Below are positions 56,572-64,000 of a DNA stretch of 64,000 bases, piece by piece. Position 1 is the first letter of the stretch; each line of letters starts with the position of its first letter. The position numbers and the translations under genes are program-made. The stretch lies in NCBI RefSeq assembly GCF_009914755.1, contig NC_060930.1. The stretch is one strand, 5' to 3'. The notes beneath the pieces were generated by a model, which searched no databases, was not told where the DNA came from, and was given only the letters and a program-made list of their open reading frames with translations. This stretch comes from the human T2T-CHM13v2.0 reference genome, Homo sapiens.

Positions 56572-56800
56572 ATTGAGAACACATGGACACATAGAGGGAC
56601 TAACACACTCTGAGGCCTTTTGGAGGGGGAAAGGTGGGAGGAGGGAACAGATCAGGAAAAAGAACTAATGGGTACTAGGCTTAACACCTGGGTGATGAAA
56701 TAATCTGTACAACAAATCCCCATGAACCAAGCTTACCTATGTAACAAACCTGCACTTGTACCCTTGAAGTTAAAATAAAAGTTAATCAAAAAAGAAAACA
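56572..56800 (+). mobile_element. L1PA13-like 3' end
   Basis: gagaacacatggacacatagaggg...gatcaggaaaaagaactaatgggtactaggcttaa...ttaaaataaaagtt. Confidence 0.88.
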
Positions 56801-56804
56801 AGGG

Positions 56805-57113
56805 GGCCAGGTGTGGTGGCTCAAGTCTGTAATCCTAGCACTTTGGGAGGCCGAGGAGGTGGGTGGATCACCTGAAGTCAGGAGTTCAAGACCAGCCTGG
56901 CCAACATGGCGGAAACCCTGTGTCTACTAAAAAAAAAATACAAAAATTAGCCAGGTGTGGTGGTGCACGCCTGTAATCCCGGCTACTCAGGAGGCTGAGG
57001 CAGGAGAACCACTTGAACCCGGGGGGCAGAGGTTGCAGTGAGCAGAGATCCTGTCACTTTACTTCAGCCTGGGTGAAAGAGCGAAACTCTGTCTCAAAAA
57101 AAAAAAAAAAAAA
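56805..57113 (+). mobile_element. AluSx-like, inserted in the L1 tail
   Basis: Full dimer directly after the L1 A-rich tail. Confidence 0.94.
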
Positions 57114-59189
57114 GAGAGAGAAAGAAAAAGCCTTATCATCTGATTAAAAAAAAAATTCTATGATCATGACAGTAATCCATTTATCTGAATTTTTTACATG
57201 TAAATTTTTTTTTTTTTTTTTAGAAATTTGCTTTTTAATCTTGAAAATTTGTAACAGAACGTCACATTTTTAGTTCTAACAGATTAAGCTTGGAGAACAA
57301 ACGTAAGCTTAGAAGGACTAGAGGAGTTCTTTGTTTTTGAAATGGTTAGAGAAATCTCAAGGACCACTGGCAATTTCTCAGCAGTATTGTCTCATTCCAC
57401 CTTCACTCAACAATAAAACCTTCCCCATTCAGCCTGTATCATCTCTATTTAAATTTTCTGGTGCTGGATTTCCTTGACAAACTTGAAACAGTGAGGAGAC
57501 AGATAAGGAAGGAAAGATTCTGCCCCTCCCCCATTTCCACTACCCTTTCAGAGACTAAAAAATCTGATTTTGCTTTAATTTGTACTCAGCAGTGTCAGCT
57601 CTGTCAGAGGAAAGGGCATCCCTGCTGACAGTAATCATTATAACTCCAGGAGACTAGCAGAGATAAATATACTATAAGCCATCTTCTGAGTGGATCAAAC
57701 TTGTCCTGATACTTTTAAGGTCCGGGTACTTTGCAGAGAGATTTCCTCCATCAGACTCGTTTCTCAGCGATACCCAAGGCTGTATTTCTGATCCTGTCAT
57801 GGAAAAATGTTAATATGTTACACACCAAAGTATGCCAGTAGTGTTGATTGAAGGACTCTTTTTTAAGTGGAAATTCCTGCTAATATTCAGCAAATAACAA
57901 TCTCCATATAATGAAAATAAATAAAAACACAAATCTAGAAACACTGAATACCGTATGTAAATTTAACTGGGATTTCTATGTAATCTCTTGAGATTAAATT
58001 GGATATTTGCAGAATTTGTTGAAAATTGAATATATATTTATAATGTATATGAAATTCAGAAGCATAAAGTATCTAGGTTTTTGGAGTTTTTTGCAACTAG
58101 AAAAAAAAATTCTAAAACATACAAATGGTAAAATAGCACCAAGCAAGCATTTGCTGGTAGAATTATATTGTGTTGCTTTTTGCTGCTGTTTTGAATACTG
58201 TTGTTATTTTTTTTTCCTTTGTTCTCTGTGTTTGGCCTGCTGTAACCTTTACAAAATTTACCTAGGTAGCAATTTCTTTAGTGTCTCCCAAGATTGTAAA
58301 GAAACAAGTGGGGAATCATTCAACCTTGTTTAACTAGAATGGGCATTTGCTCTGTTACAGTGGAAAATGTTTCTGATAATCAAGATTTTTCCCTTAAAAG
58401 AATGTTTTCATTGTATTTTCTACTGTATTGCCTTTACTGTGTTTAGACTTAAAATTTAAGCAACTGATTCTACAAACATAGTTTAATGTAGTTCATATGA
58501 TTCTACAGGGTGCTTCTTTTTTCATTTTGTATAGACAGGTGTCTTTCCTTTTCATATATATCAGTCAAATAAATCCTACGAGGTATCCTATCAATGAATG
58601 TTTTGAAAGTGTTTTAATAATATGGGGAAAACAGGGAGAAGTATCTAATGAAAACTTGTTATGTCTACATGGTATGATGGTAGATGAGTTTTATTTCCTT
58701 CATTGAATATTTTCTGTACCTTATAAAAATTGAGATTGTGAATTATTACTATAATCAGAAGAGAAAAAGAACTGTGTTTTAGAAAGAAGGGACAGGAGAT
58801 GAGTGAAGACCAGGCTGCCCACAGGTGCTTATGGAATTCCTACTGTGCACATTTCACTAATCAACTCCATGGTCAAGATTCATGCCTGATGTAATGAGAG
58901 GGTGACCTCCTGCTGCTTTAGGAAACTGCCCCTTCAACCAGCCACAAAACCATTTCCACAACTGGAGCCCCTGAAACATCAACAGACATAATTTCTGCCA
59001 AGATAATCCTTAATGTGATACCATCTTTCAATGAAGGAGATGTCTCTGGGGTGACAGTCTGCAAAATTGAGTAAGATAGTTGTTAGGTCTTTTCTTTTTC
59101 TGTGAAAGTCTTAGAAATTAATTCAACAGTGTTTTCAACCTTCTGTGTGTTTTTTTCTCCTAGGCTGCTTATGTAAGCAAATACTATGA

Positions 59190-59537
<348 letters not shown>

Positions 59538-60239
59538 GTTTTTTAAAATTTTTACTTTTATTATGAAGTGATTTGGTAAATTTGTCTTACTCTGACTTAA
59601 AAGATGTGTATCGGATGTATTTGTACCAGTTTATTGCAATGTGTATTTTGAGAAGAGGGCCTTAAATAAGAATATTTTCCAGACATTCCCAAAATGACTT
59701 CATTCACATGCTGTGCGTGAGAACAGTGTGCGTCCTCCAGCCTGTTTCTGCTTTTGTGCTGGCTGCTAAAGCTTCAGGCCCTTCCTCCTCAGCTCCCTGT
59801 CAGAGAGCTTGCTTTCCTTCTCTAGTTTCTTAAACTACTTTAGAAAGCAGATGAGGACTGAAATAGTCTCCCCTGGCAGCCTCAGCAAGCCACACTCTTC
59901 CTCTCTATCTGAAGGGAGATCTCCTTTCTTTTTGTGATCAGATTTAAAATGAGGTGATTTGGGAATAACAAAGCTTTCGTATTTGATTCAAAATGCCAAA
60001 TTTTGTAAATACAGGGATATACAGGGAAGTCATCATATTATGTGGCCCCCATAGACAAGAAGTAAATCCCAAGCCGGAAAAAGTCCATAGCATCCTCAAA
60101 TAAGAGTGGGACATTTACTGGGATGCTGTTGATAACTTTTGTCCCAGCTTGTTTATTCCCGTAAATTACATCTGCCACCCTTTCCCCTGGCCCCTTCCCT
60201 ATCCGTCAAGCTTTCTCACCAACTTACTGGCAGTGCTCA

Positions 60240-60555
60240 CCCTGAAGCCTTTTGTCATATGTGTCTTTCCTGCAGTAGCCCTTTCCCCCATTTTTTCCGA
60301 GGCCTGGATGATATGTCACCTCCCTCATGAAGCCTTCTAGAGCCCTTCTGGTTGGAAATTGCCCTGCTCTCCATGAGCTGCACCATCATTAAAGTCCTTA
60401 TTGAATTCAGCCTGGTATGAAAGTGGTTGCTTACATATCCGGGTCCTCACTATTACATTGTTAGAGTTTACAGAGATAAGCATAAGGCCTGTGTGTTATT
60501 CATCTCTTGTTTTCCTACAGTTTATTATTTGGAATTTTGCACTTATTAGGTAAGG
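60240..60555 (+). mobile_element. L2 3' fragment
   Basis: atgtcacctccctcatgaagccttct...tgtgttattcatctcttg. Confidence 0.55.
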
Positions 60556-61299
60556 TGTTATTGTTGTTGTTTAATTTGAATCGTCAGCATCTTTTTTTTA
60601 ATGGTGAGGTGTTGATTAGAAAAAGAAAGAAAGACATTAAAAAGTAATTTGCAGGAATTGGTAATAATCACATCTAACAACTTGTGTAGCTATTTGCAGT
60701 TTTACAAAAAGGCGTTGGCATATAATGAGGAAGACTTAATGGCAAAGCCTGGTCTGGAACAGCTTTGCAACAGAATCTAAAAGGGGCCAAGAAAAAGCCA
60801 AGGGCAGAACAGATTCTCCTTGTCCTGTTTGCATTTTCTGTGTGCAAGGAAGGCTGTTAGGTTCTCTCCATTCACCAACTTAAATTCCTGTAACAACTTA
60901 AATTCCTGATTATTTTTATTATGATAATAAAAGGGTTGCTTTCAAGGACGTTGATGTTTTCCATCACACTGAGGTAGATGACTAGCAACATCATGCAGAA
61001 TACAGTTGGGCTTTCTGCATGTCTCCTAGAATTACTCAAAGTTTCCTTATTTTCTTCTTCTGTCTCCTTTTCCCATTCTCTTTCTTCACAAACAGTTTAA
61101 ATATCAGAGTAAATAAGAGAAAATAAAAGATCATGAAATAATATGAAACTGAAAATTGAACATATACTTTCAGATTTTGTACTGCTTATTATTTCTTTGT
61201 CCTATAAAAAGTCCAGGTGATAAAATTAACATTCCAAGTTAAACATGAAATGAAAAAAATATACTTGCCATAGGCTTTTGTTTTTTGGTAGGTTGGTTT

Positions 61300-61690
61300 A
61301 AAATATTTTTAAAATTGCATTATAAAAATTACGTCTAACTAAAAATGCGATACAAGAATTTCTGCCCCAAACAAAAATCTCAAATTCATACTAAAATATA
61401 TAAAATAAAATGTGAATTTCTGCTTTTATTCTCCTGCCCAACCTCATTTTCCTTTTCAGAAGGAAACTTTGTTAAACATTCTATGTATATTTTTGCAAAC
61501 CTTCTCCTGTGCATCTATATACATACGCACATACGTATGTAGATCAGAAATAGCTTGTATCGTACTAGACATATTTATCTACAATATGCTTTTTTCATTT
61601 TCAAAATTACTTTGGAGATCTTTCCACATCAATACATAAGACTCTACCACATTGATTTCATGGCTACATAGTTTATAATTTTTCCCATAA
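61300..61690 (-). mobile_element. L1ME-like 3' fragment
   Basis: tttggagatctttccacatcaatacataagactctacc...ggctacatagt. Confidence 0.55.
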
Positions 61691-61862
61691 TGATTGACAA
61701 GTAATTTTCAGGGTTTTTTTGTAAGTAAATTTTAATGTACATACGCAGGTGTAACTTGGAGATATTGTGGGTTTGGTTACAGACCACCATAATAAAGTAA
61801 CCACAGCAATAAGGCAAGTCACATGACTTTTTGGTTTCCCAGTGCATGTAAAAGTTATGTTT

Positions 61863-62148
61863 GGCTGGGCGTGGTGGCTCACACCTGTAATCCCAACACT
61901 TTGGGAGGCCGAGGCAGGTGGATCACTTGAGTTCAGGAGTTCAAGACCAGCCTGGCCAACGTGGCAAAACCCCGTCTCTACTAAAAATACAAAAATTAGC
62001 TGGGCGTGGTGGTGCAGGCTTGTAATCCCAGCTACTTGGGAGGCTGAGGCAGGAGAATAGCTTGAACCTGGGAAGTGGAGGTTGCAGTGAGCCAACATCG
62101 CCTGGGAGATGGAGCAAGACTGTCTCAAATTAAAAAGAAACAAAAAAC
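61863..62148 (+). mobile_element. AluS(z)-like in Tigger1, short deletion near the 3' end
   Basis: TSD aaagttat(gtt/atc)t. Confidence 0.93.
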
Positions 62149-62683
62149 AAAGTTATATCTATACTAGACTGTAGTCTAGTAAGTGTGCAATAGCATTTTG
62201 TCTAAAAAACAATGTACATAACTTAATTAAAAATACTTTTTGTCAAAAAATGCTAACAATCATCTGAGCCTTCAGTGAGTTATAATCTTTTTGCTGGAGG
62301 AGGGTCTTGCCCGATCTTGGTGGCTGCTGACTGATCAGGGTGGTGGTTGCAGAACGTTGGGCTGGCTGTGGCAATTTATTAAAATAAGACAACAATGAAA
62401 TTTGCCACATCAATGGACTCTTCCTTTCGTGAAAGACTTCTCTGTAGCATGTGATGCTATGTGATAGCATTTTACTCACAATAGGACTTATTTCAGAATT
62501 GGAACCAATCCTCGTAAACTGTGCCACTATTTATCAACTAAGGTTATGGAATATTCTAAATCCTTTGTTGTCATTTCAACAATGTTCACACCATCTTCAC
62601 CAGGAGTAGATTCCATCCCAAAAGACCACTTCCTTGACTCATTCATAAGAAGCAACTCCTTATCCATTCAAATTTAATCGTGA

Positions 62684-63031
<348 letters not shown>

Positions 63032-64000
63032 TAGCTCCACTTCTAATTCTAGTTCTCTTGCTGTTTCCACCACATCTGCAATTACTTTCTCCACTGAAGT
63101 CTTGAACCCCTCAAAATCATTCATGAGGATTGGAATCAATTTCTTCCAAACTCTTGTTTATGTTGATATTTTGACCTTCTTTCATGAATCATGGATCTTC
63201 TTAATGACATCTAGAATGGTGAATTCCTTCCAAAAGGTTTCAATTTACTTTGCCCAGATCCATCAGAGGAATCACAATCTTTGGAAGCTACCACCTTACG
63301 AAATGTGTTTCTTAAATAAGACTTGAAAGTCAGAATTACTCCTTGATCCATGGGCTGCAGGAAGGATGTTATTACCAAGCATGAAAACAGCATTCATCTC
63401 TTTGTACATCTCCATCAGAGCTCTTGGATGACCAGGTGCATTGTCAATGAGTGGTAATATTTTGAAAGGATTTTTTTCCTTTTTCTGAGAAGTAGATCTC
63501 AACAATGGGCTTAAAATATTCAATAAGCCATGTTGTAAAGAGATGTGTTGTTAGGCAGGCTTTGTTGTTCCACTTATAGAACACAAACAGAGTAAATTTA
63601 GCATAACTCTTAAGGGCCCTAAGATTTCCAGAATGATTGAATGAGCATTAGCTTCAGCTTCAAGTCAGCAGCATTAGTCCCTAACAAGAGAATCAGCCTT
63701 TCTGTTGAAGCTTTGAACTCAGACATTGACTTCTCCTTTAAAGCTATGAAAGTCTTAGATGGCAACTTCTTCCAATAGAAGGCTGCTTCATGTACATTGA
63801 AACTCTGTTGTTTAGTTTAGCTGCTTTCACCCATGATCTTAAATCTTCTGAATAACTTGCTGCAGCTTTTCTATCAGCACTTCCTGCTTCACCTTGCACT
63901 TTTATGTGTTGGTGATGGCTTCTTTTCTTAAACTTCATGAACCAACATTTCCTAGCTTCAGACTTTTCTTCTACAGCTTCCTTACCTCTGTCAGCCTTCT

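Noticed and set aside
59140-59178. 9-nt microexon-like ctcctAG|gctgcttat|GTAAGC
   Set aside because: Weak donor, no upstream UGC enhancer, no host CDS in view.
60500-60556. 29-nt exon-like segment cctacAG|...ttag|GTAAGG
   Set aside because: Inside an L2 3' relic, very U-rich; likely a pseudoexon.
60876-60908. Direct repeat caacttaaattcctg x2 (and a ~30-bp duplication at 29673-29730)
   Set aside because: Ordinary small slippage duplications with no further structure.
61673-62143. 156-aa ORF and other Alu ORFs (e.g. 4136..4504, 23268..23573, 59186..59515)
   Set aside because: Typical antisense-Alu translations, not genes.

Overview
Primate (very probably human) non-coding genomic DNA, intronic or intergenic. 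I can support no protein-coding exon, rRNA, tRNA or CRISPR array. Every ORF-track entry I can place is a translation of a repeat (Alu, L1 ORF2, HERV-H pol/env, Tigger1 transposase, MaLR LTRs, simple repeats) or looks like noise. The window holds about 19 Alu-family pieces, several L1 fragments, L2/MIR/CR1 relics, solo MaLR/ERVL LTRs (THE1B/D, MSTA, MLT1, LTR33), DNA transposons (MER2, MER58, MER94, Tigger1, Tigger2a) and microsatellites, separated by long repeat-poor blocks. Subfamily names come from recalled consensus motifs, not from a search. The most unusual items are: (1) a rearranged HERV-H in which a + strand LTR7 and leader are fused to an inverted env-IN-RNaseH segment, with no 3' LTR, so the LTR would drive antisense HERV-H RNA; (2) an MSTA solo LTR with 16 CpGs, against 1 in a sibling MSTA here, plus splice donors, suggesting a germline-active promoter; (3) a TSD-flanked retrocopied Alu-plus-unique sequence inside Tigger2a; (4) a twin-primed L1PB, a three-arm Alu, a tiny L1 insertion and a CpG-gaining Alu; (5) a few candidate small + strand exons. 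I see no evidence for a novel multi-gene system.
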